The position numbers and the translations under genes were made by a program. Below the pieces are notes generated by a model, which was not told the origin of the DNA, made no database searches, and worked only from the letters and a program-made list of their open reading frames with translations. A stretch of DNA of 64,000 nt from NCBI GenBank assembly GCA_904063045.1, contig CAJFCJ010000009.1, forward strand, positions 972,942 to 1,036,941. The letters run 5' to 3'. Positions 35,979 to 48,618 of the stretch are shown here, in pieces (position 1 is the first letter of the stretch; each line of letters starts with the position of its first letter). Source of the stretch: Dimorphilus gyrociliatus (lineage: Eukaryota > Animalia > Annelida).

Positions 35979-37159
35979 ATGGCCTGGAGATCTTCCGGAA
36001 CGACTAACGAAGAATTGATTAGCAAGTTAAAAGGTAGGCGTTGTCAATAACTAATAGGAAGAGAAGAAGCCAATGATATTGACTTTTGTATTACACGCTC
36101 ATCCGCTTCTAACAACTCAGCAAATGGAATAATAAAGAGTGATAGAGTTTTTCAAGCGATGATTTCCGTTGATAGAGCTAATTTTTGTAAGAATAAACCC
36201 TACGTTGATTCTCCTCAGGGAATAGGATATGCAGTGACTATAAGTGCTCCTCACATGGTAAATTTTAATATTTTTTAAATAAAATATCTATTTAATTATA
36301 CATAGAATGCTTAGACTTTACTGATTGCAGCATGCACATGCGCTGGAATTATTATCTGAGCATCTGCAGGAAGGGAAACGAGCATTAGATGTTGGATCAG
36401 GAAGCGGTTACTTGACAGCATGCATGGCAAAATTAGTAGGAAGTACAGGAAAAGCTGTTGGCATAGAACATATAGACGAGCTAGTGTCTTTGTCAAAGCA
36501 AAACTTAAATCGATCCCCTGAAACGCAGGAAATGCTGGACAATGGTCAGGCTGTTTTTGTTGTTGGCGATGGACGTCAAGGTTATCCCCAGTACGGTCCG
36601 TACAATGCTATTCATGTCGGTGCTGCTGCTCCAACTATTCCACAGGCAGTGAGTACAGTTAATTGAATTTTTTCTACCTGTAAAAATAAACACTTCGACG
36701 AGTAAATACTTTCTAGCTGGAAAATCAATTAGCTGAAGGTGGACGGCTAATTATACCTGTCGGACCTCGAGATGGTCGACAATATTTATACATCATTGAT
36801 AAAACCAACGAGGGTACAACAAACAGAAAACGCTTTCTTCCAGTTTCCTTCGTACCTTTGACTGATAAGAAAAAACAATACTGGCGTTAATTTTTCTCTT
36901 TATAAATTATCTCTCTTACCTTTTCTAATTTATAAATTAGCATTTCTTACATTTAACGAATAAATTCTATATGAAACATCAACAGTTAATTGAGCAATTA
37001 GCTCCTGGAGGACGCCTTATTTTACCTGTCGGACCCGAAGGTCATGATCAAGAATTAATTCAAGTAGACAAGGATATGCAAGGCCAAATAAAAAAAACAA
37101 AATTAATGGGAGTTATCTATGTTCCATTAACCGATAAACAAAAACAATATTCAAAGTGA
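35979..37159 (+). CDS. PCMT1: Protein-L-isoaspartate (D-aspartate) O-methyltransferase, canonical isoform (last exon B)
   Basis: [13 protein letters not shown]; TISAPHMHAHALE; [14 protein letters not shown]; GDGRQGY...[10 protein letters not shown]. Exons 35979-36033, 36121-36256, 36331-36648, 36986-37159 ([16 protein letters not shown]...[18 protein letters not shown]). An in-frame upstream ATG lies at 35913. Confidence 0.96.
36717..36890 (+). CDS. PCMT1: Duplicated alternative terminal exon A of PCMT1
   Basis: Acceptor tactttctag, phase 0, 174 nt like exon B. It encodes [63 protein letters not shown] at 36959-36964. Confidence 0.85.
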   Translation: MENQLAEGGRLIIPVGPRDGRQYLYIIDKTNEGTTNRKRFLPVSFVPLTDKKKQYWR

Positions 37160-37498
37160 TTTTATATACTTAAATTAAAATCTGTTGACATATTTTTACT
37201 ATTCACTATTTTCTCTTAGATCGCAAAGGATTGACTTGTAATAAATAATTTGATGAAGAAAAACAACAACCCAGAAGATTGAAAACCTTGTCTGCAAAAG
37301 CCGAAAAACAGAAATAAAGAGCCAGTGAAAAAAAAATAAAAAATGAAGACTTTTTTATTTTTTTTTATATGCTGATTTGATAAATTTCTATCTGACATTT
37401 GAACTTTTCCCCTTAAATATTCAATAATTTGTAAAGTTAAATAAACAACTTAAAATTTATCATAAACTGAGAATTATTTCTTAGAGAAGAGAAGAAGG

Positions 37499-37522
37499 GA
37501 GAGAGAGAGAGAGAGAGAGAGA
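37499..37522. repeat. (GA)12 microsatellite upstream of the USP gene
   Basis: Read directly. Confidence 0.9.
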
Positions 37523-38036
37523 CAGATGCACGCATACAAGAAATAAGACTGTTTAATAGATAAATAGGATATGGTATATCTAGGAAAAGATTAGTAAAAG
37601 TCCACCTAATTTGTTATAAGTCTAATAACTGCTCACAAAGGGAAATCTATTATGCAGGTCAGGCTGGCTTAAAAAGTTTGAGAACGAAGGGCAGGAGTTG
37701 AAAAATTGACATAAGGGAAAAATAATGTAATTATACATTATTTATAACCCTGAATTTTATCTTGGGCATAATCACTGTCAGATTTATTTTTTATGTATTA
37801 TGAATAATTGATTATTTGTAAACACAGAAATTTGTTAATGATGTTAATAAATATTGCAATTTGATCTACTAAAGCAATAAGCCAGATGGCGACACTTGAG
37901 ATAAAAGTGAAAATACTGGTTTTAAGAAAGGCATAAGCATAGAAAGGATAAACGAGTGAGCATAGCAGCTATTCTCCATCGATTGGACGTTTAGAATCTG
38001 ATAGATCTCGTGGGATATTTTTTTGAATCCAGAGAA

Positions 38037-38765
38037 ATGGGAAATTTCTACTCAAATCAAAACAGTAAAACTCTACAAATTTCTGCAAAAAACGAACCGA
38101 ACGTAAATAATAATAACGAACAAGCTGTCCTTATTCCTGTTGATTGTAGCGAGCAGGCGGAGGCTGCGTTTAAATGTATGTATTTTTCTGCATAATAGAC
38201 GCTAAATAGACGGACTAAACGCATTATCCTAACCCTTTTAACTTAGGGTATTATCATCACGTTCATAAGCCAGAAAATATTGTTAGAGTGTTACATTGTG
38301 TCGATTTGAATCAATCAATTATCGGTCATTCAAAAATCAGTGTAAAAGGTAAACATTTGTCTAATCAATCTTTTTAACAATAGACTTTAGTTAAGGTGAT
38401 TATTAGATCAAATGGAGAAGCATGGGAAGGAAGGGAAAAGAGCTTTGGAAAAATATCAAAATATTATGAGAGATAATAATGTATGGAATTTAATAAATAA
38501 ATCATTCGTAACAAATACAAAAAATTGATCATATCACATTTTTTTTTTGTAGATTAAGGGTAGCGTTCATTTTGAAATGGGACATCCGGGAGAAACTGTC
38601 GTTAAAGCAGCTATGCGTCATAATGTATCCCATATTGTTATGGGTACAAGGGGATTTGGGCTTATTCGTCGAACCATATTGGGAAGTGTTAGCGAATATG
38701 TGATACACCATTCTCAAGTACCTGTGACAGTCGTACCCAAGGAAACAACCTCTTGGTTCTTTTAG
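38037..38765 (+). CDS. Universal stress protein (UspA family)
   Basis: 4 exons. N-terminal strand AVLIPVDCSEQAEAAFKWY, and C-terminal GHPGETVV...HIVMGTRGFGLIRRTILGSVSEYVIHHSQVPVTVV with an intact G-2X-G-9X-GS ATP-binding motif. Confidence 0.92.
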
Positions 38766-39070
38766 CATCTCTGGTTAGCAGAAAGTAATAAGCTAAATTA
38801 AAGCCAATGTTCATGCCAAAAGTGACGACAATATAGTTCCTGCTGAGCAAATTGCTCTAAATTATTTTAAATGTTCCCTTATTCGTCTATAGCAACACAA
38901 AAAGGCTTGGGGCTTTGTTATATGTCAAAACCAACTACAAAAAGTCAATGTACAGGTTTGACTATCCTGCATTGCTGGGATAGCCCAGTTTATTAACACG
39001 TTCAAACAAGTTGAATTTACAATATCGTATAACAAAAAAAATTTCAATTAATTAGGTTTTAACAGCTAAT

Positions 39071-42000
39071 CTAGACTTTTTCTTTTGTTTGCTTCTCTTT
39101 TTATGTTTGCTGACGATGTCTGTGAAGAATTTTGTCTCTTCTTTTTCTTCTATTATTCTTTTTAACGTTTGAATACCAGCCATATTGAATCCAATTATGT
39201 CCTATGAAAAAAGAAACATATTGAATAAGCAGATAGACTGAATATTACGTCAACTTACTTTTAGTTCAGGTAATTTATTCTTTTCCACTTTTAGTATGGA
39301 ATCCAAAATACCCATCATTTGAGGGCTAGTTGTTATCTTACCGTGGTGAATTCTACATAGTTAAATGAATGCAATCATAGAATCAATTAAAAGTATCTTT
39401 AATTTGAAAGTATTGAAAATTACCGTAGTAGAAATAATAAACATCTATATAAACGCTCAACTTCGTCTCCTGTCTTAATTAATTCTCCCAAAAGTGGTAA
39501 TAATCTCATTACTATTGGGAATGATAGGACCAATAAACTGTCTTCCAGTTCGCTGTAATATCGCAATAATAACCTCATAAAATATTCAAAATTTAGTTCG
39601 TTTATTACCTCGACTTAACATTGCAAATGACATATCGAACATACTCCAGAGGCTGAGAAATATTTAATGCGCGCAACATTGGATGTGCCTCAGGTTTAAT
39701 TAACTTTTTCTTTGATACTCTGCAGTCGTGGTCGTGCTGTTTAGCCTTTATTATTTCTTCGTCATAGATATCTAAGCCTGAAGGAATCGGGAAAAAGATT
39801 ATGTCACCTAATAGGTCGATAAAGATTACAATTACTCACTTTCGATTATTCTTTCACTCGCACATACAGTTTTAATGGTTCTTTTAGAGGGTAAAGCGGC
39901 TTCCTCATCGCCCTCCCCAGGGACAACTGTTTGCCCTTCGTTTATCTCTTCCTCCTCCTCTTTTCTCTCACGTTCCCTTTCCATTTCATCGCTCAAAACT
40001 AGCGGTTCATCGCTCTTTTCCCATAACCTAATTGATCTGTCCTGACTGCAGGAAACTAACATATTTCCGGATTCCGATATTGCTAAATCGGAAACTCGAG
40101 CAAAGTGGCCTCTCATAGTTTGTATTAGATTGAATTTATCACCGTCCCACTCTTTTATAGTTCCATCTTTTCCACATGAGAAAAAGTAATGACGTTTTGG
40201 TACGAAAACAACAGCAGATACACCCTCATCATGAGCAAAGATTGACTTGAGGCAATTTCCGAAATGTCCATCCCATATTTTTATGTTACGATCAGTAGAG
40301 GCCGTTATGAATAATTTATTGTCACTAGAAATATCGAGAGAAACAACTGGTAACTTGTGCCCATATAATTTTAAATGCACTTTGAAAGAATTCGTAAAGA
40401 ATACTTTAACAGTAAAATCTAAAAGAGCTACAGCTATGTATTTAGCATCGTGACTGTACTTTGTGCAAACAACACCATCGGGTAAATCTAAAGTTTTCTT
40501 ATGAATAATAGTAATATATCGCCTGCAACATAAAAAAATAATCAGCTTAATAGATATTTAATTTAAAAACTTTGTGTTTTATTTTTAACTGTTACCCTTT
40601 CTGTTCATAATCCCAAAATTTTACTGTTTTATCCTCACTACCGGAGACAAGACCCAGTAAATCTGGTCTGGAGCACAGTGACGTAACTGAACTCTCATGA
40701 GCTTCCACTTTTTCGATTAATTCGCTGCTGCCAATATCAAATATAAGAATAAGTCCCTTCTTTGTACCAGCCAAGACTTGTCTGTCATTAGGTCCAAATA
40801 TACTGCATACGGCCAGTTCACATTGCATATTTCTCAAACTAGTCATGCTCGATCGATTCCATAGTTTTATAGAATCACTTGAAGCGGATAAAATTGACGT
40901 TGAATCAGAACTGAAAGCCAAACTTTTCGGTTCAGCTCTATGACCTTCAAAAGTAACTTTCATTTCATTTGAGAAATTTCCATCCTTGAGGGTAACAACG
41001 AAAGACACGAGGCTGTTATCGGCTAAAGAGCAGACTATTTTTGCTTGCTCGCCATCTTTAGATTTAGATAAAGCTAAATCACAAGATTTTATTTTAGATC
41101 CTAATTTCTGGTTTAGTATTCTTCTCAGTCTATCTGTAGGCCTGATTTTTGATGCAGCTTCTATTTCGCTTTCTTCGGCTGAGCGCTTCTTCTCCTTTTT
41201 AACACGCTTATCTTTAACCAAATTGACTTCAGCGTCGGTATTTATTCTAAATATTTCTAAATGCGAGTCGGTACCCTAAGCCAAAATTTCGATATTCGCT
41301 TGTTAATAATTAACAAATTGTTAACTTACGTGAACGCATAGCACTCTGTTTGTAGAGTCTGTAACTATAGAATCAACTCGAGACGTACTTTCTCTAAGTA
41401 CACTGCCAATATTTTCCGCGTTTAGTATAATCTAGATAGATGGATTATTATGTATACAATAAGAAAGTTAATAGGAAAAAAGAATGAATGATTACATTTT
41501 CATCAGCATCTTCATTTCCTTCTAATAACTTTATCTTCTTTTCAGCTGACACTGACATTTCATTATTGTCTTGTTCTTCGTTAACTCCTGTAATCCTAAA
41601 TATTCTTAGTTCTGAATCCGAACTACCAGTAACAATCAAATGGCCAAAGAGTTCCATGTCCCATACTTCCGATCTATGATCTACCAAAGTTTTAAAACAG
41701 TGTTGCGTTGTCAGGTCCCAAAATTTTACAAAGCTGTCCTTAGAACAACTCACAACTACATCGAAGTCTTTAAGGAACAGCACTTTAGTAACAGCCGCCT
41801 TATGACCTGGAGGAGGAAAAATAAACTGATTTACTGCCTGAAAAGTCAATTATTTATTTATTAAAACTAAATTGAACCTTTTAATCTATATAAGCCACAG
41901 TCATTTACCACGTCCCAGACAATGACATTTGTATCCAGCGAACCAGAAACTAATCTCATTCCATCATGATCGAATTCCAAGCTCGTAATTTCAGATTTGT

Positions 42001-42322
42001 GTCCTTCGAAACTGACTGTAGTTTCTCCCGTACTTAAATTAAATAGCTTTATATCACCATTTGCGTATCCAACTGCAATCACTTTAGATGATGTTCTAGA
42101 TGGCTGGACACAAATTTTTGTAACTTGCTTATTTCCATTAAAAGTGGCAATTTTAGTGGAAGTTTTTAAATTCCAAACTTGAACATTTTCACAAGCTCCA
42201 ACAATGCAAAAAGTCTGCTCTATTCCCTTCCAATTAATAAATTTAATATTTGAATTGCTGCTTGCTATAACATTGAAGATACCCTCCTGATTGTACCGTA
42301 GATACTGTCTTACTTGGGGCAT
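39071..42322 (-). CDS. WDR3: WD repeat-containing protein 3 (UTP12/DIP2)
   Basis: MPQVRQYLRY...; WD repeats GHKSEITSLEFDHDGMRLVSGSLDTNVIVWD, GHKAAVTK, LYGHKLPV. The last exon carries DIIGFNMAG of the Utp12 domain. Confidence 0.95.
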
Positions 42323-42468
42323 GTTTTTAAAATTCTATTCCTTTCTCATGACAAAACAAATAAGAGAAAAGAAACAATATGTATTCAGTCTACTATCCCT
42401 GAGTATATTATTTGTCTAGTGTACTAATCCGACAACTTAAATCGAAAATATAGGAATAAGACCTGAAA

Positions 42469-42474
42469 CACGTG
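42469..42474. promoter_or_regulatory. CACGTG E-box upstream of WDR3
   Basis: Palindrome about 147 bp upstream of the WDR3 ATG. Ribosome-biogenesis genes are classic Myc/Max E-box targets. A single 6-mer can occur by chance. Confidence 0.35.
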
Positions 42475-42779
42475 AGTGAAATTCAGTATATTTCGCCTTC
42501 ACATGGACACTTGCTCCGCTCAAAGAGAGTCGAAAAATTAACGCTTTCGAACACGTAACCCATATTACTATCTTAGTCTATTCACAAAGTTTATACTCTT
42601 TTTCATTAACGTCAAATCAGCATTGAATTGAATTCTAATATTTAAAAGTTAGTAATAAAGTGAATTTAAGACGAGTCAGAATTCCTACTTTTTTCAAGGA
42701 TTTGCATTTGGTGTAAACGTCAATTATAAATTTATTATAAAGTTACCATTTATTTTTATAGTAAACAAAACCGCTAAAT

Positions 42780-45700
42780 TTATCGCCCTAGACCTCGCAT
42801 TCGTGATATACCACTACAAATTCTCTGGGGTAAATCTTGAGCGACCATTTCCGAGAATTTTTCTCCGTTAGCTGTTGCTAATAAACCAATATTTTTTAAT
42901 TGATTGGTCGAATTACTCAATCCAAGATCATCAGCAACTGCACAAAGGTAATTAATATCAGTCAATAATTGTTTAGCTCCACTATCACTTAAAGACTGGA
43001 TTGACAGTATCTGATCAATAAATTCACTTAGAGTTGATTTCACTATTGCTTCAAGCCAAATATCCGACGCAGCTTCCGCAGAATCTAAACAATAGAATTT
43101 AAAACGAATTAATTAATGAATTTCAAGTGTTTATATTTGCTGGTATTAAACAATAAGAAATTAAAATACCTGGAGCTGAAGCTCCAACGAAAGGTAAATT
43201 TGCATATCTTAAGCCAGTACAGGCGGATGGTTGCGATGCAACGGAATCCAATTGTTGTGGTACGGTCAATAAATATTGTCCAATCTGTAGGGAAAAATTA
43301 TTCAAAACCAAAACTAATAAAAATCTGTATTGTATAGTTTTTTTTATACCTTAGTAACATATTCTTGAGGAGAAAAACTAAAATCGGGTAGTGATGGGTC
43401 TAATGCAGCACCAGCAGTTTCACTTGACCAAACCTATAATTAAAATTCTCAAAGTTAGAAATTATTTTATTCCAGAGGCAACTGAATTACTCACTTTCAT
43501 ACTACCTATCTTTTTTAACTGTTCAATCAATGGTCTGACTCCTGCATTGAGAGCAAGTCGATGGGCTGACTGAACGACTTTACGAATATGATCAAATGCT
43601 CCACTTAACATTGAATCACCAGAATTCATTTTAACTTCTAATGCCTTAACAAGTCTTGTTTGTTGGTCGTCACACAAAAACATAAAAAGAGTAGAAGTAA
43701 AGCCACTTTGCGATATCCGTTTAGGTGAAACCGGAGTAGTTGGTTCATAAGTTAAAGCTGCTACAAGAGATAATTCTAAATCATCTAGTTTCGAATATGC
43801 CTCTGAAGAGGCGTGAGCTATTTCAAGACAAATTTGGAAAGTTTCAAATGAATCGTCACTATTTGTAAAATTATCTAGAGAATCAATGCCAGATTTAGAT
43901 AACTGAAATTTTTCTTTGACATTAACTAGAACTCTTTGCCACTCCTTGCAATATTGAAAAGTAAATTGCTGAAAGAGTGTAGTCATATTGTATATTTTAT
44001 TTGATAACAAAATTATGAACAACTTACTTCAAAAGCATTGATAAATCCGGGAATGGCAGCTCCGTTAGAAAATTGAGAACATAGCTGTAAACTCACTTCT
44101 GCTACTTGAAAGAAATGGCTAACAGAATTTGAAAGCACTTTTGAAGTATCATCAATATCATCACCGTCCTGTTAATAAATAATTTCAATGATGTATTTTT
44201 TAATATTTTGTTCGTATGCTGGATAAATAAACATTACCATCACGATTCTATTTAATTGAATTTCAAAATCTTTAGATAAGTATTGATTATAATTCCTAAC
44301 AAATTGAACATAAGGTCTATAAATTTCGGATGATAAATCCCTCATATGATCTGTAAAAATTTTTCCATTATATTAAAAAAGTTAATACAGTTTAAAGATT
44401 CTAGATTGTTTACTGACCACTATCCAACACAGATGATGGCATAAAGTTTGCAATACCCTTATGAAATCTTTCAGAAAGTTCTTTAAAATCCTTTAACTCT
44501 TCCATTGTGCTACTTTTCGTACCTTCTAAATAGCTTAGGATCAGTTTATCAAGAGTAGGATCCAAGGATTGCAAAACTTCTTTCAAAAGAGAGAGAACAA
44601 TTGAATGAGGTTCGACGAACACTTGTTTACACCACATGACCTGTAACAGTAGATAATGAAACAAATATAATCATTCATGAACAACTTACTTGAGAATGCA
44701 ATAAACTGTGTAAATCATCGTAAAATGATGATAAAATTGAATGTATATTATCTGCATTATTCTCTTGATTAAGATTTTTCCATTTTTGCAATAATGCTGT
44801 TCTATGTGTTCTTTTGTAATACTTCAATAACTCGGATAATCTCCGAATGTTAGTGAAAATCTTAACTAAATCATGCGCAGCATCTGAGAAATCATATTAA
44901 TGAATATACTATTTATACTAATGGAAAAAATACTACCGGTATTCTGAGATGAAAATACAGAAACAATTTGAGTTGATAGTGAAGCTTCTAATCTATCTTT
45001 AAGAGATTCTAGTTTTGCTGTTCTCTCTTTATGATCCGGAACATCAGTTAAGATATCTAAACTTGTTTGCATTCCGACTAATTTCTCTGCAATCTAAAGA
45101 TGAGAATGTTTGTCAGTAATGATTCTTACTTATATCTTATTTAAAGATATTACTAATTGTAGATTATTTGATTCAAAAGCATTATCAACTTCTGCACTTA
45201 AAGTTGTCCAGTTATCAGCCTGTTGGAGAGCTGACTTGGTTTCTAACATTCTTTTCTTAACCCTAAGGTTGAAAAGCATTTTTATATGATATTGTTCATA
45301 GAAATAGTTGATTATAAAAGACAACAAGACTTACATGTCCAAATAAACAACTTGATGCATTGAAGATGCAGTTTCGCGTTCCACTTTTTCTATATCGGAT
45401 CTCACTTCCATCATATGATCTTTAAGGACTGTAGCCTCTTGTTTTACAACACCCATTTGTCGAGCAACACTAGTTAGACTTGTTAAAGCTTCTTCACAGT
45501 TTTCTTCCAATACATTGTTTACTTCTTGTATGTACATTTGTAATTTCATAACTAATGTCGAAGCATGTTGCTGATTAAAATATAATTTGTTTTATTTGAA
45601 CTCTTAGTAGAAGTTATTAGATTTTGAACTTAAAAGAACCGATTATAAATTTCTTTTGAAATAGGTATTTTAAAATGTAATTGACTCTGTTGTCACTTAC

Positions 45701-45845
45701 GTCTTTTTTTGCCCCTTGTAATTCATTTTTAAATGCTTCGTTCACCCAATCCTTAGCGTCAAAGTCCTCTTCCATAAACTTTGAGAAATCCTTTGAGCGA
45801 TAATACGTTAATAATAAATATTTTAACTGATTACTATATTACCAT
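42780..45845 (-). CDS. COG7: Conserved oligomeric Golgi complex subunit 7
   Basis: ATG-only exon then DFSKFMEEDFDAKDWVNEAF; KLQMYIQEVN; QADNWTTLSAEV; QIGQYLLTVPQQLD; GAKQLLTDINYLCAVADDLGL. Confidence 0.94.
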
Positions 45846-46524
45846 GTTTTTAATTGGTGTATTAATGTGAAAATTTGGATCAGTAGTTAGAGTATCCCTA
45901 TTTGCGATATAATGCCTTAATAAACAATATGATTCTTTCCAGTTTCATGAAATAAATACAAAAATGACGTGTCAGAGAACCTCAAGAGGTCTCTTCGATC
46001 AAGTTAGCGAAGTAGACTGTTGGCGCAAATCATACAAATAAGTCACAAGAAATCAATCTGAAAATTCAGTTTGTTTCTACCATTTGAACCTATAAACCCT
46101 TTTTTAATATACAAAAATACAACCAAATTTTTACTTAGAAAAGAATATTGATGTAAAGAACTCTATAAGAGATCACCTTTTAAAGTTATCAAGATGATTA
46201 TTTAATTAATTATAATTAGCTAAACTATACATAAATGATAACATTCGTAAAAACTTACATTTAAATTTAATGTAGTTGTGGATTTTTAAAAGGATATTTA
46301 AAAAAATATCTAACTAATTATTGTTAAGCTGACAAATATTTTAAACTTGTTCAAATATTATAGAAATTAATAGAGATAATTGAAAAATTAATAAATAATA
46401 ACGTTAAAATTCAAAAAAAGCGTGAAATTGAAGTTTTATGTACATGCAAGATTTTACCATAACCAATTACGAATCGTCAATTGTCGTAATTGCTGTCAGC
46501 TGTGGTATTTAGGTATACCCAAAA

Positions 46525-48178
46525 ATGTCGGATGAAGAAATTGTCCCGGCAAAAACTCGAAGACGGAGTAAACGTAATGCTTCAATCGAGAGTGAACATG
46601 ATACGGACGAAGGAATAGTATGTTATATTAATTTTCTTATTATTATTCTCTTATTTTCCGATTTGCCCTAGGAGACGGAATCTCTGTCCACAATAAGTTC
46701 CAGACGATCAAGCGTAGCTAGTCTGAACGCTTCGCGAACTGAGAATAAGAAAAGAAAAGGGAGAGGAAAATATAAACGACCAAAACTATATGAATATGTT
46801 AATCATATAAAAGAAGATCATGGTGGAACCATATTTGGAATTCATCTTCACCAAAATAATACTAATGGAGATAATTATCTCTTCGCCACTGTTGGCAAAA
46901 ACCAGGTTTGTATCTTAAAAGATTTTATTCAATAATACCTTGATAGAAAGAAGATAACACATCTAGTAGAGTATACGTTCATAAATCATGAAAATTTTTA
47001 AAGAAATAAACAAATTATGAAGTTATTGCACGTATATCCAGGTTTCCATCTATGAGGTATCGAAAACGGGAAAAGTAAAATTGTTGCAATCTTACTGTGA
47101 CCCAGATACTAAAGAGCATTTTTATACAAGCGCATGGACTACCGATTATCAAGGTATATGTTACCTTGCTGTGGCTGGACTTAATGGAGTAATAAGAGTA
47201 ATTAATCCTTATCTTATGAGATGTGTCAAGGTAATATTGGTAAAATAGTTGTAGCTAGAGAATTTTAAGTAATATTTTTTATTACTAAAGCACTACGTTG
47301 GACATGGTCACGCCATTAACGAACTAATGTTTCATACCCTTGACCCGAATATATTGATTTCTGCGTCAAAAGGTAGACAATCTATTGAATGAAATATGCT
47401 CATGATTTCAAGTATTTTTTTCCCAGACCAATCCATAAGAATGTGGAATATAAAGACCGATTTATGCGTTGCAATACTAGCAGGATCAGAGGGACATCGA
47501 GCCGAAGTTCTAAGTGTTGATATTAATATGCAAGGAGACTATCTTACCTCGGCAGGAATGGATCACAGTTTGAAAATTTGGAATTTAGGAAAGAAGGAAG
47601 TTAAAGATGCTATTAAGTTATCCTATGAATTCAGGACAGGCCAAAAGTAGGTTTATTAGATTGTGTTTAATTAAATTTCATGAATTAATCATTTAAATTT
47701 TCAAATAATTAGACCTTTTCCGACACTCATCGAAGATTCGGCTGAATTTACTACTCGTGATATCCATAAAAATTACGTCGATTGCGTACGATGGGTAGGA
47801 GAGTGTATTTTATCAAAAAGTTGTGAAAATCAAATTGTCCTATGGAAACCTGGGAGATTTAGTGATAAAAAAGTTGACTACTCGAAAACAAAATTCTTTT
47901 CTATAATTCATATATTCGAATTGAAAGACTGCGAACTTTGGTATATGAGATTTAGTTTGGACTTTTTAAAGAAGACTCTAGCTTTAGGAAATACTTCAGG
48001 TAAAATCTATGTATGGAATATGGACGTTGAACAGCCTGATAGTATTAAACATACTATACTATCTCATCAAAAGTGTTCATCAGCAATTAGGCAAACTCAA
48101 TTATCATCCAATGGCTCTCTTTTATTAGCTGCTTGCGATGATGGGACGATATGGATTTGGCAAAGAAACAGTAGTTAA
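46525..48178 (+). CDS. EED: Polycomb protein EED/esc
   Basis: [66 protein letters not shown]. The aromatic-cage residues appear conserved. Confidence 0.96.
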
Positions 48179-48618
48179 AAAACGTTATAATTTGAGATAC
48201 TAACGTGAAGACTTAAAGAGTTATTGACAATTACCTTTTATATTTAAAAAGTATCTAAACTATGCCAGTCTTACTACTATATTGTTCATTTTCTCTCGTA
48301 TTTTTTACACTTTTAACAGTTTTTTTTACAGTATTAGTAAATTCTTATAAGAATTTTTCTGAATAGTTATGACGGAGACTTGATATTTGCATTTTAAAAT
48401 ATATTTATAAGTAATTTTCTTGAAAAACAAAACTCAACTTTAAGTAAGGTTTATTGAAAAACAGAGAGAACTGTTTGTCACCTTAAATAGATATTGTCAG
48501 TCATAAACAAAAGATATTCTCTAATAGAAAAAAAAGAGAAACTTATATAAACGTTTTAGAATGGTTGACTTATTCAAGTGGATACAGTAACCATAACTTT
48601 TTAACAATAAAAAAAATT

